A stretch of 64,000 nt of DNA from Candidatus Woesebacteria bacterium (GTDB lineage Bacteria; Patescibacteriota; Microgenomatia; UBA1400; MFAQ01): positions 1,006 to 65,005 of the forward strand of contig DAOORK010000001.1 in assembly GCA_035389185.1 (NCBI GenBank). Reading direction: 5' to 3'. Positions 18,027 through 27,229 of the stretch are shown here, piece after piece (the first letter of the stretch is position 1; every line of letters starts with the position of its first letter). The position numbers and the translations under genes are program-made. Below the pieces are notes generated by a model. The model saw only the letters and a program-made list of their open reading frames with translations, searched no databases and was not told where the DNA came from.

Positions 18027-18809
18027 ATGAAAATAGATCAAATTTTTGGTCTTGAAGATAAAACGGTAATGATTACCGGCGCTTCTTCCGGTATCGGAAG
18101 AGCGACAGCCAAGCTTTTTTCCGAGTGCGGTTGTAAAGTGTCGCTTGTAGACATTAATATGCAGGGAATGATCGATACGGCCGAGCAACTGGCTCAGCCA
18201 ACCAAGCATGAAACATCTTTGGTTGATCTGAGTAAGAAGGAAAGCATCGACGGTCTTTGGGGTAATCTGAAAGAAACTCCCGATATTCTGGTGAACAATG
18301 CCGGAAGTTATCCTTCACAGGATTTTCTCAAAATGACCGAAGAAGAGTACCAAAAAACAGTTGATGTAAACCTGAACTCGATGGTTTGGATGTGTCGGCA
18401 GTTTATTGCCCGGCGGAAGAAAATGGGTGGGGTGATCGTGAATGTAGGTTCGATCGAAGCGATTTTGCCCTTTAAAAAACATTTGGTTCCTTACAGTGTG
18501 AGTAAGGCAGCGGTGATCGCCTTGACTCGGTCACTGGCCAGGGACTACGGCAGGGCGGGAATTCGAGCCAATGTGGTGTTGCCGGGGGCAATTATGACTC
18601 CGGGAACCATGTCACAGGTTTGGAACGGATTATTCCACGCTCGTGTCGATCTCATGCGTACGGCTGATGTTTTTTCATCTCGTTTGGCTCTCGGGCGATG
18701 GGGAAAACCGGAAGAAGTGGCCAAAGTAATTGTGTTTTTGGCCAGTGATATGGCCAGCTACATCCAGGGAGCACTGATTCCTGTAGATGGTGGATTTTTA
18801 TCATCGTAA
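18027..18809 (+). CDS. SDR family oxidoreductase (short-chain dehydrogenase)
   Basis: TGASSGIGRATA cofactor motif, NNAG, YSVSKAA catalytic Y-x3-K; GGAGGTGA RBS; start set at MKIDQ; terminator at 18815-18838. Confidence 0.8.
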   Translation: MKIDQIFGLEDKTVMITGASSGIGRATAKLFSECGCKVSLVDINMQGMIDTAEQLAQPTKHETSLVDLSKKESIDGLWGNLKETPDILVNNAGSYPSQDFLKMTEEEYQKTVDVNLNSMVWMCRQFIARRKKMGGVIVNVGSIEAILPFKKHLVPYSVSKAAVIALTRSLARDYGRAGIRANVVLPGAIMTPGTMSQVWNGLFHARVDLMRTADVFSSRLALGRWGKPEEVAKVIVFLASDMASYIQGALIPVDGGFLSS

Positions 18810-18969
18810 ACCTTGGCGGTCGAAAGACCGCCTTTTTTGTGCCAAAATACTTAGATTATGTTTGTTAAAATATCGACATATCTTGTCCTATATACTTGTA
18901 ATTGAGTTATATTTGTGATAGTATCGCGGTGATTTTGTTTTCGTACTTTAACTTGGAAAGAGGTGACTC

Positions 18970-20148
18970 ATGTCAACAAAAGTTGGTGCGTGGGACTGCC
19001 CCTATTGTGGTACAAAGGGGAATCCTGGTTTCGAGTATGGTTGTTCCGGTTGTGAACATCCACGACCAAAGGGTGTAAGGTTTTATCTTCCTGACAATGC
19101 TCCTGAGGCGACTTCGGAGCAGGTTGAGAAGATGGGGCATGATCCCAATTGGTACTGTTCATACTGTGAGTCTGGAAATGTTGATCGAGTAAAGCGTTGT
19201 TGGAAATGTGGTGCTCCACGTGGATCTGATTCAGCTCAACACTCGACACGAGTATTTGTCGGAAACGATATACCTCGTTCAGCTGAAGAGGCTGAAAAAA
19301 TGGAAGAAACTGTCACTCCGGAAACGGAGAAGCCGTATGTTCCAACTGAAGATTTGTTGTACGGCATAGTAAATGAACAAACAGTCGAAGCAGAGGATTT
19401 ATCTCAGTTGTCGATTGAGTCCGAAGATATCAAAGAGACAGATTCCGACAGAAGAAAAAAACGTTGGACTATCACTGGTGTAATTTTGTCAGTGCTGTTG
19501 GTTTTTGTAGGGATCTATTTTTTCTTTATTAGAACAACTGAGCAGATCGCTGTGGTTGATGGATTCTCTTGGACTCAAAATGTTTTAATCGAAGAGTATC
19601 AGACTCATCAAAAAGAAGGTTGGTCTATTCCTGTGGGCGGACGAGAAACTGGGAGTGAAATTCGACAGAGCGGTACGGTTAAAGTTACTGATGGGTATCA
19701 CACCGAAACTCAGATGGATACTTGTTACCGCTCAGTTACAGTTCCTCAGACATGTACGCGAGACAACGGGAATGGAAGTTTCGATTCATATGATTGTTCG
19801 TATTCGTCTTCAGAATCATATTCCTGTACAAATACAGTGACGGTTGAAGACTATCATTTTGAACCTGTTTATGACACTTGGTATTTCTATGATATTGATG
19901 AGTGGACGGCGATAGGAAACTATCCGACTTCCGGTAATGACCATAGTCCTTACTACGATGATGCACAGCCGGTTGGAAATCTGCAGCGACGGATCGAACA
20001 GCCAGGAGTTTACAAGGTATTTTTCTCAAGTGAAGGTCTAAAACCTTTTTCGAGGACGTATAGCTTGGAAACTTGGAAACTGTTTGAGTACGATCAAGAG
20101 CACATAATTAAAATAAATGCCTTCAAAATTATTTTGGAGGTAGAGTAA
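18970..20148 (+). CDS. membrane protein with N-terminal double zinc ribbon (hypothetical)
   Basis: CPYC..CSGC and CSYC..CWKC pairs, one TM helix (ITGVILSVLLVFVGIYFFFI), Cys/Tyr-rich extracytoplasmic domain. Confidence 0.55.
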   Translation: MSTKVGAWDCPYCGTKGNPGFEYGCSGCEHPRPKGVRFYLPDNAPEATSEQVEKMGHDPNWYCSYCESGNVDRVKRCWKCGAPRGSDSAQHSTRVFVGNDIPRSAEEAEKMEETVTPETEKPYVPTEDLLYGIVNEQTVEAEDLSQLSIESEDIKETDSDRRKKRWTITGVILSVLLVFVGIYFFFIRTTEQIAVVDGFSWTQNVLIEEYQTHQKEGWSIPVGGRETGSEIRQSGTVKVTDGYHTETQMDTCYRSVTVPQTCTRDNGNGSFDSYDCSYSSSESYSCTNTVTVEDYHFEPVYDTWYFYDIDEWTAIGNYPTSGNDHSPYYDDAQPVGNLQRRIEQPGVYKVFFSSEGLKPFSRTYSLETWKLFEYDQEHIIKINAFKIILEVE

Positions 20149-20210
20149 GACATACCGGGCAAAGGGAAACCTAAGCCCGGTTTTTCATGCTTTGGAAGTA
20201 AAATAGAAGA

Positions 20211-21731
20211 GTGACGATTAAGGAACTGGTAATAAGAGACAACGAAAAATTGACGCTCGAGAACATCGAGGATTTTCGGTTGGTATGGGCCAAAGAACTC
20301 GGACACATGCCCAAAAACTCGGAGATCTGGCCATTTTTGACCGATTCGGAGCTTGTTGGGGTAATGAAGACCCGGGGAGTGCGAACCCAGTCTGGAGTGG
20401 CTCCTTTTGCGGTGATGATGAAGCCTTTTCCTTGCCCAGGGAAGTGTATTTACTGCCCTTTGGAGGAAGGTATGCCCAAGTCGTATCTATCTGACGAACC
20501 GGCAGCTCAGAGAGCTAAGATTTTAGACTTTGATCCTTACAAACAAGTTGAGGGTCGGATAAGGCAGATGTCGGAGACGGGGCATATTACGGACAAGATC
20601 GATCTGATTGTGATAGGTGGGACATTTGGAAGTTATACGGAAGAGTACAAAAGAGAGTTTTTTAAGAGCATGTTTGATGCCGTCAACGGCAAAGTGAGTG
20701 AGACTTTTCAAGAGGCTCAGAAATATAACGAAACGGCGGAGAAAAGGATCGTAGGTATTTCCGTGGAAACTCGCCCCGACTGGGTGGACGAGCGTGAGGT
20801 GAAGCTTTGGCGAGAGCTTGGGGTGACCAAGGTTCAGCTAGGAGTGCAGGCTTTTGATGAAGAAATTTTGAAAAAGATTAAAAGGGGACATAGTTTGGAA
20901 AAAGTGGCCGAAGCAACCAGAATGTGTCGCAATGCAGGATTGAAGATTTGCTATCACTTTATGCCTAATTTGCCCGGTAGTAGTCCGAAAAAAGATATAG
21001 AGATGGCCAAAATCATGTTTACCGATCCGCGTTTTGGCCCCGACTACCTGAAAGTTTACCCAGCGATGACTATTAGGGGCACAGAGATGTATGGAATGTG
21101 GAAGCGGGGAGAGTATTTGCCATATGAAGAAGATGAACTGATTGGTGTATTGAAGGAAATAAAGGCCCAGACACCAGTTTGGTGCCGAATTGATCGATTG
21201 ATTCGGGACATCAGTAAAAAGTGGGTGTCCGCAGGCACAGCCAGAACGAACTTAAGACAAATATTACAAGCAGAACTACAAAAAGAAGGTAAGAAGTGTC
21301 AGTGTATCCGTTGTCGTGAGGTGCGTGGGGGAGTTTATGACACCAAAGTTGAACTCTTGGTGAACGAGAGAGAAAGTTTGGGAGGGCAAGAACTGTTTTT
21401 GTCTTATGAGAGCTGGGGAAAGCTTTTTTCAATGCTTAGGTTAAGGTTGCCCGACAAGGATGAGAAAATATTGTTCGGAGAGCTTGCTGGAGCGGCTATT
21501 GTGCGGGAAGTGCACACTTATGGTCAAGTAGCCCAGATCGACACCCAAGACGGCATCAAAAGCCAACACAGAGGTCTGGGGAAGCGTTTGATGATCAAGG
21601 CGGAAGAGATCGCTAAGACTAGAGGATATAAGAGGATTGCTGTAATATCGGCCATCGGAACGAGAGAATACTACAGGAAACTTGGTTATAGCCTCGAGGG
21701 AACGTACATGGTGAAGGGCCTAGAAGATTGA
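20211..21731 (+). CDS. elp3: Elp3-like radical SAM / GNAT acetyltransferase (tRNA uridine-34 carboxymethylation family)
   Basis: Radical-SAM CPGKCIYCP (Cx3Cx2C) in the N-terminal half and C-terminal GNAT core QHRGLGKRLM; overall Elp3 length and layout; GTG start. Confidence 0.75.
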   Translation: MTIKELVIRDNEKLTLENIEDFRLVWAKELGHMPKNSEIWPFLTDSELVGVMKTRGVRTQSGVAPFAVMMKPFPCPGKCIYCPLEEGMPKSYLSDEPAAQRAKILDFDPYKQVEGRIRQMSETGHITDKIDLIVIGGTFGSYTEEYKREFFKSMFDAVNGKVSETFQEAQKYNETAEKRIVGISVETRPDWVDEREVKLWRELGVTKVQLGVQAFDEEILKKIKRGHSLEKVAEATRMCRNAGLKICYHFMPNLPGSSPKKDIEMAKIMFTDPRFGPDYLKVYPAMTIRGTEMYGMWKRGEYLPYEEDELIGVLKEIKAQTPVWCRIDRLIRDISKKWVSAGTARTNLRQILQAELQKEGKKCQCIRCREVRGGVYDTKVELLVNERESLGGQELFLSYESWGKLFSMLRLRLPDKDEKILFGELAGAAIVREVHTYGQVAQIDTQDGIKSQHRGLGKRLMIKAEEIAKTRGYKRIAVISAIGTREYYRKLGYSLEGTYMVKGLED

Positions 21732-21806
21732 CAATATCTTATATTGTGCTAAGATACGCCTAGTAATTTGGCAATTTTCAATTCTTAACAATTGAGGGAG
21801 ACAGTC

Positions 21807-22262
21807 ATGGTAGTGAACGTAAGTAGTAAGTCAAGTGATTGGCGTGCAAGAGACTTAAGTAATTTTGCCAGGATTCCATTTATTTTTGACGGTGAGCCCT
21901 TTGAGTCGGTTGAAGGGTTTATCCAGGGAATTAAGTTTCCTGAAGGTCACGTTAATCGTCTTTTGGGAACTGTTTGTACTGGAATTCAGGCAAAAAAATT
22001 GGGTCAGTCGGCCGACGGAAAATACGTTTGGTGGCAAGGCCGACAAATTGTTTTTGGCTCTGACGAACATCACCATTTGATTGCTAGAGCAATCATAGCC
22101 AAGTTCGACCAAAGCTCAAGGGCTATGAATGCGCTGTTGGCGACCGAAGGTGAAGAAATCACTCATGATCTCGGACTTTTGGAGGACACCGATACTTCAT
22201 TGCCTGCCGAACTGTTTTGTAAAGTTCTGACCGAGATTAGAAAAATGAAGACTGGGGAATAA
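21807..22262 (+). CDS. NADAR (YbiA-like, DUF1768) domain protein
   Basis: LSNFARIPFIFDGEPFESVEGFIQGIKF matches the NADAR N-terminal signature; GAGGGAG RBS; terminator at 22272-22296. Confidence 0.55.
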   Translation: MVVNVSSKSSDWRARDLSNFARIPFIFDGEPFESVEGFIQGIKFPEGHVNRLLGTVCTGIQAKKLGQSADGKYVWWQGRQIVFGSDEHHHLIARAIIAKFDQSSRAMNALLATEGEEITHDLGLLEDTDTSLPAELFCKVLTEIRKMKTGE

Positions 22263-22335
22263 TTAAATGCCAAACCGGAGAGAGATCTCCGGTTTTTTTG
22301 TACAGAAAAAATAAAGGTTGTAGTAGAATTAGGAT

Positions 22336-22977
22336 ATGAATAAGAAGATTGTTTCTGGTTTACTAGGTTCGGCGTTGTTGGGCGGCGTATTTATGGTTAC
22401 GCCTGCAATGGCCAACGAAGGCACAGCAATGCTTAAGAGTGCCGGAGTGAGTGGAGCTTGTTATGTGGCTAGTGTGTATGTTGATGGAACCTATCGTGTT
22501 TTGGTTTCCTGTCGTGAACTGAAGATGGCTTTGTCTCCGGAAAATTACAACTACCTACTTTGGGTGAATACTGAGGATGGAAAGGTGAGGAGATTGGGAG
22601 AGATTGAGAATGGTAAGTTGCTGGCATCCACAGATGCCAAGTTTAACGGTATATTCGTGACGGCTGAGACAGATAGTTATGGGAACAAACCTTCACAAAA
22701 TGTTTTACTCACAGGCACGATTTCACCAATTGATTTTGGTGCCGGAGTGAAGAATGCAGAGATAACTACAGCTCCCACGCCGACGCAAAAGAAAGCAGTG
22801 ACAACGGCTACTCCAACGATTGAGGTTGTTGATGAGTCTGGTGCGGTGGAACAGGCAACTAACAAAGGGATTGGCAGTGCTTTGTCGACAGTCCTCAAAA
22901 TTGCGTTGTTTGGTTTTGGAGCTTTACTCTTGGTTGTAGGTGTCTTTAGCTTTATTTCTAGGAAGAGGTCGCTCTAG
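22336..22977 (+). CDS. secreted protein with signal peptide and C-terminal TM anchor (hypothetical)
   Basis: N-terminal signal sequence ...PAMA, Thr/Ala-rich linker, C-terminal hydrophobic helix plus RKRSL; TAGAAT 6 nt upstream of the ATG (leaderless). Confidence 0.5.
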   Translation: MNKKIVSGLLGSALLGGVFMVTPAMANEGTAMLKSAGVSGACYVASVYVDGTYRVLVSCRELKMALSPENYNYLLWVNTEDGKVRRLGEIENGKLLASTDAKFNGIFVTAETDSYGNKPSQNVLLTGTISPIDFGAGVKNAEITTAPTPTQKKAVTTATPTIEVVDESGAVEQATNKGIGSALSTVLKIALFGFGALLLVVGVFSFISRKRSL

Positions 22978-23054
22978 AGGTTGAGTATTTTCCTCGTTTC
23001 TGCCGTCTATGCGCCTTTTGGAGATTGATTTCGTGTTCCCCATCATCACCATCA

Positions 23055-23194
23055 CCCTTTATAGCGACCGACTCATACCGCCTCTCCTGCGGAGGCGGTT
23101 GGTCTGCCTACTCACCCCAAAAATTCTTGGAATACCAAGAAACCATGCTTTTTGGGGTTCCGTAAGCTCGTATAAAGGGAAAATGGTTCGATGG
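23055..23194. repeat. divergent copy of the ~200-bp intergenic repeat family (copy 1)
   Basis: Shares cgaccgactcataccgcctctcctgcggaggcggttggtctgcctactcacc and ggttccgtaagctcgt with copies at 30853 and 55084; the middle hairpin is replaced by a compensatory one. Confidence 0.75.
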
Positions 23195-23203
23195 GAATCT
23201 GTC

Positions 23204-23833
23204 TTAGGGGAGAAGCAGGTGAGTGATGAGATTGAGAAGAGGATAGATAATGGCGGAGATCGGAGCAGTACTGCCAAAGATGGGAAGAATGAGGAACAGG
23301 AGGATAAGTGTGCCGTAGCGATTCATGATTGATTGATATTCATAGGCTAGGTCTCGAGGAAGCAGGCCAAAGAGGATTTTTTGGCCATCAAGAGGGCCGA
23401 CAGGGATAAGGTTGAAGATGGCCAAGCCAACATTGATGTAGACAAAGGGAATCAAGAATATACTAAAGCTGTAAGGAAGGAAGTGGATAGCAAGAGCTAC
23501 AATTGATGCCAGAAGAAGGTTGCTTACTGGCCCGGCAAAGGAGATCAGACCGACGTCGCGGCGAGGGTGTTTGAGGTTGTAGGGGTCGAAGGGGGTGGGT
23601 TTGCCCCAGCCATAGGCGAAGTTGCCGCCGGAAAGAAGCATTAGTCCAAGAGGAAGGATTATGGTCCCGATAAGATCAATGTGGGCAAGGGGATTGAGAG
23701 TGAGCCGGCCTTGAGAACGAGCGGTTGGATCTCCCAAACGATCAGCCGTATAGGCGTGAGCGAATTCGTGAATACTGATAGCCAGAATCACATAAACAAA
23801 GCTTATCAATATGCTTAATAAGGAAATCAACAT
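23204..23833 (-). CDS. site-2 protease family zinc metalloprotease (M50)
   Basis: HEFAHA zinc-binding motif in the first TM helix, multi-TM; start at MLISLL (23833) 7 nt downstream of a TAGAAT box. Confidence 0.7.
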   Translation of the reverse strand: MLISLLSILISFVYVILAISIHEFAHAYTADRLGDPTARSQGRLTLNPLAHIDLIGTIILPLGLMLLSGGNFAYGWGKPTPFDPYNLKHPRRDVGLISFAGPVSNLLLASIVALAIHFLPYSFSIFLIPFVYINVGLAIFNLIPVGPLDGQKILFGLLPRDLAYEYQSIMNRYGTLILLFLILPIFGSTAPISAIIYPLLNLITHLLLP

Positions 23834-23893
23834 AACCTTTATTCTAGTACATTTGATACACAAATGGGCTGTATCTGTGTTAAAATTGGCTTC

Positions 23894-24133
23894 ATGAAAC
23901 AAACAGAAAAAGGAAAATTGCAGTGCGCCGTCTGCGGAAAAGGCGTACAACACGCCAACTTGGTGAGTTTTTCCAAACGCAGAATCAAGCACGTGAGGAA
24001 ACCAAATCTCCATGTTCACCATATTACTGTCGATGGAACAAAGGTAAAGATTTTGGTTTGTACTTCATGCAAAAGATCCCTACGCCAGGCACAAAGAGAT
24101 GAACAAGTAGCTGCCGCTAAGGCCAATGCCTAG
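23894..24133 (+). CDS. rpmB: 50S ribosomal protein L28
   Basis: CAVCGK..NxVSFSxRRxKxxxKPNLH..VDG..K..VCTSCKR matches the L28 consensus. Confidence 0.7.
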   Translation: MKQTEKGKLQCAVCGKGVQHANLVSFSKRRIKHVRKPNLHVHHITVDGTKVKILVCTSCKRSLRQAQRDEQVAAAKANA

Positions 24134-24806
24134 TATCTTACCCGAGTTTTGGAAACAGATTCATTTTGGAGAAAATATTGATGTTTATGGGGGCCGCAGA
24201 GGTCCTGACATTTTGATGGCTGGAGTGGCTGTCAGCAAAGACATGGGTTTAGTCAATTTTTTAATGAGTAAGAATGGGTATGATGTTCTGGCTGAAGATG
24301 CAGGGATTGCCCTGTTTTATCAGAAAGACGGCAAGTTGGCTCAGGCGGGCTTTGATGTCGACACCTTTGTTGATGCTTGTGGCGAGGAGATTGAAGAAGT
24401 GATGGGTGGTGATGCTTTAAAAGAAATATTGGCTCAGGCTGTCGAAGAAAATTGTCAAATATCTGTCTGTGTTGACATTGAAGCTAAAACGGCGGCAATT
24501 GCCTATATCGATAATGAGTCGGGAGAATCAAAGGTAATTAATGATATGGAAAATATTGAGCCGAACAATATGTATTTAATGAAATCGAAGTTTGGGGATT
24601 ACGTGTTGAATGTCGAGTTCCTAGTAGTGGAAGATGTATTGCGTTTTGGTATTTTGGCAACACCTGAAGGGAAAGTAATTACAGAAAACACAAAAATATT
24701 GATGACTGAGGTACTGACCGAATGCAATTTTGAGACATTTTTGGACAGCTCTTCTTTGGATAAATACAACCGATTGGCGAAAAGAATTTTTTTGCTAAAC
24801 GATTAA
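24126..24806 (+). CDS. hypothetical protein
   Basis: 226-aa ORF, start overlapping the rpmB stop (ATGCCTAG). Confidence 0.5.
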   Translation: MPSILPEFWKQIHFGENIDVYGGRRGPDILMAGVAVSKDMGLVNFLMSKNGYDVLAEDAGIALFYQKDGKLAQAGFDVDTFVDACGEEIEEVMGGDALKEILAQAVEENCQISVCVDIEAKTAAIAYIDNESGESKVINDMENIEPNNMYLMKSKFGDYVLNVEFLVVEDVLRFGILATPEGKVITENTKILMTEVLTECNFETFLDSSSLDKYNRLAKRIFLLND

Positions 24807-25678
24807 AGGGGGTGGCCCTGGAGGAACTGCTTCCAGGAAATGGGGGATTTGCCTGGTAATTGAATGGTGTCGAGAACGAGCTTTCCATCTACGAGAAGAG
24901 TTTTTAGAATTTTGACGTCTTGGTTTTGAATAGTGGTCCATGCTCCCGGGTCGGGATTTAGGGAACGAACCAGGGCGTGAATCTCTTGGGAGTTGATACC
25001 ATTTTGGGCAACAAGGATTTTTTCGTAGGGGATGAACGCGGTTTGTCTTGTTACTGTTTTATGACTTGGAGTGAAAACAACTTTGGTTTCATCTTGGGTT
25101 GTTTTGGAGTAGTTCTGGGCACAGATTTCGGGTAATTTATTGGCTAATAAGATGATAGCGGCCTGAGTAAGTTTTGTAGTCAAAGTGGCGATATCGTCGT
25201 CAATATCGATGGCAATTTTTGATTGAGCAATAATTGGCCCATGGTCTAGAAGGGCGTCCATTTCCATCAGAGTAACACCGGTTTCTTGGTCCTGATTTTT
25301 GATGGCTTGACTGATGCAAAGAGCCCCTCGATACTTGGGAAGTAAGGAGAAATGGATGTTATATGTGCCGATTTTGGGGGTGTCGAGAAAACTTTGAGGA
25401 ATGATTTTGCCAAACGAGACAACCAGAAAGATATCTGGCTTTAATATTTTAAGATGGGCGAGATTATCATCGTCGAGTTTCCCTGGCTTGTAGACTGGAA
25501 GGTTGTAGGAATCGGCTAAAACGGCAACAGGGGAAGGTGATAAGGTGAGGTTACGGCCTGTAGGTTTGTCGGGAGTTGTGACCACACCCACCACATTAAC
25601 TAAATTTGATTTGATGACAGACTCAAGAATGACGGCAGAAAACTCGGGGGAGCCGAAGAAAATAAGATTGGGTTTCAT
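24803..25678 (-). CDS. fmt: methionyl-tRNA formyltransferase
   Basis: N-terminal formyltransferase fold (IFFGSPEFS, HxSLLPKYRG, D..TGVT) plus C-terminal Fmt domain. Confidence 0.85.
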   Translation of the reverse strand: MKPNLIFFGSPEFSAVILESVIKSNLVNVVGVVTTPDKPTGRNLTLSPSPVAVLADSYNLPVYKPGKLDDDNLAHLKILKPDIFLVVSFGKIIPQSFLDTPKIGTYNIHFSLLPKYRGALCISQAIKNQDQETGVTLMEMDALLDHGPIIAQSKIAIDIDDDIATLTTKLTQAAIILLANKLPEICAQNYSKTTQDETKVVFTPSHKTVTRQTAFIPYEKILVAQNGINSQEIHALVRSLNPDPGAWTTIQNQDVKILKTLLVDGKLVLDTIQLPGKSPISWKQFLQGHPL

Positions 25679-25774
25679 ACATCTATTTTAGCATTGTCCT
25701 ATATTGTTGACAAATAGCCAATTCTATGATAAACTTGTGCCTGAAATTATCCTTGTTCGTTGAAAAGGAGAAGT

Positions 25775-25882
25775 ATGAATGCCTTATTGGTGAAACTTTT
25801 TGGAAAGGAAATGGGCCCGACTGAATGGGTCCTGACGATTTTTATTGCGGCAATAATCATTTTTTTGCTTTTAAATCTTTAG
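25775..25882 (+). CDS. small hydrophobic peptide (35 aa, hypothetical)
   Basis: AAAGGAG RBS 5 nt upstream; MNALLVKLFGKEMGPTEWVLTIFIAAIIIFLLLNL; TTGACA-16-TATGATAAA promoter upstream. Confidence 0.35.
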   Translation: MNALLVKLFGKEMGPTEWVLTIFIAAIIIFLLLNL

Positions 25883-25895
25883 TCGAGGAGGAGAG

Positions 25896-26027
25896 ATGCA
25901 CAATTGTCGTACCGAGCTTAGAGGGAGTATGCATTATTTGCCCCCGTGGACAGTCATTCTGGCTCCTGTATTTCTGGTAGCGGTGATCGCTATTTTTATA
26001 TCGTCACCGCCAAAGAGAAGTAAGTAA
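25896..26027 (+). CDS. small hydrophobic peptide (43 aa, hypothetical)
   Basis: GAGGAGGAG RBS; single predicted TM (WTVILAPVFLVAVIAIFI); followed by terminator at 26030-26065. Confidence 0.35.
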   Translation: MHNCRTELRGSMHYLPPWTVILAPVFLVAVIAIFISSPPKRSK

Positions 26028-26068
26028 TAAAAGGCCCTCGCATTTGCGGGGGCTTTTTTTGTGGCAAG

Positions 26069-26602
26069 TTACATCTCGATGGGTTCGAGACCGTTCGGTG
26101 TTTCACGAAGGATTTGGCCTTCCTGTTCGAGAATGCGATCGGTAAAAAGAATGCCGTCCAGATGGTCATTTTCGTGCTGAACGTAGGAAGCATCAACATC
26201 TTCAAACTTACGATGGCGTTTTTCGAGTTGGCCATTTATTGGAGTAAGGTACTCGACCTCAACTGAGTATGGGCGGTCGACAAAACCCCAGAGGCGGGGA
26301 ACAGAGAGACAGCCTTCGAGCCAGCGGTCTTTACTCCGACGGTGAATATCCGAAAGTTTGGCTTCGGAATGATTTTTAAGTACAGGATTGATAAAAATTT
26401 CGGGAATACCCTTGAAAGAGACAATGAATAGTCGGCGGTCAATGCCTACTTGAGGAGCCGCCAAACCAACACCCTCTGGATCCTGAGCGGATTTTAGGGT
26501 GACGATCAGATCGGCGATCTGATTTTCCAACTTCTTATCGAGTTTGTTGACGGGTTTGGCGACTCGGCGGAGAAGTGGGTCAGGGGTAGTTAATATTTTC
26601 AT
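26069..26602 (-). CDS. def: peptide deformylase
   Basis: GVGLAAPQVG, EGCLSVP and HENDHLDG motifs; start set at MKILTTPDPLL. Confidence 0.85.
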   Translation of the reverse strand: MKILTTPDPLLRRVAKPVNKLDKKLENQIADLIVTLKSAQDPEGVGLAAPQVGIDRRLFIVSFKGIPEIFINPVLKNHSEAKLSDIHRRSKDRWLEGCLSVPRLWGFVDRPYSVEVEYLTPINGQLEKRHRKFEDVDASYVQHENDHLDGILFTDRILEQEGQILRETPNGLEPIEM

Positions 26603-26693
26603 AACGCAGGTATATTTTACCATTGACTCATAATGTAGATGGTGTTAGAATGCTACGAACGTTGAAAATATTCACAAAGAGGGAGGCTAAAAT

Positions 26694-27116
26694 GTGCCCT
26701 GCCTGTGGCTGGGATCCAGTCATAAAAAGGCCAGGGTAAAGAAAAAATACAGGAGGTTGATTTTGATTAGTGAAAAGACAAAAAATATTGGGGAAGTATA
26801 TGCAAGTTTTACCGATCCGGCGTTTATCAAAGAGCACGGGAAACCCGTTAATGACGGTAAGGTAATCAAGTACATAATTCGGACAACGGTGAAGACAAGA
26901 TCACTTGGAGAAATCCTTATGGCATCGTCTTGCGTTGGTAGTGATGCCAGAGAGACAGCAATACCGTACCTTCTTTTTGATAAAAGACAGCTTTTATTGG
27001 TAGTAAGGATGTTTCCTGAAGTCAAAACCTCGATTGGTTATTTGCAGAGAGATTGGCTGGGGAGATATGCTTATCATCCGACAGAAGATTTTATCGAAAA
27101 AATTGTTTCTTTGTGA
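26694..27116 (+). CDS. hypothetical protein (start uncertain; internal AGGAGG+TTG at about 26763)
   Basis: GTG frame after GAGGGAGG; a 15-codon ATG ORF (MCPACGWDPVIKRPG) overlaps the 5' end; terminator at 27122-27150. Confidence 0.4.
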   Translation: MPCLWLGSSHKKARVKKKYRRLILISEKTKNIGEVYASFTDPAFIKEHGKPVNDGKVIKYIIRTTVKTRSLGEILMASSCVGSDARETAIPYLLFDKRQLLLVVRMFPEVKTSIGYLQRDWLGRYAYHPTEDFIEKIVSL

Positions 27117-27229
27117 TCGCCGGCCTCCCTTTGGGGAGGTCTTTTTTTATGGTAATTCACTTGACTTAAGGCCTATATTATGATAGAATATAGGCTGTAA
27201 GTTGAAATTATATTTTGGAGGAGCAGAAG

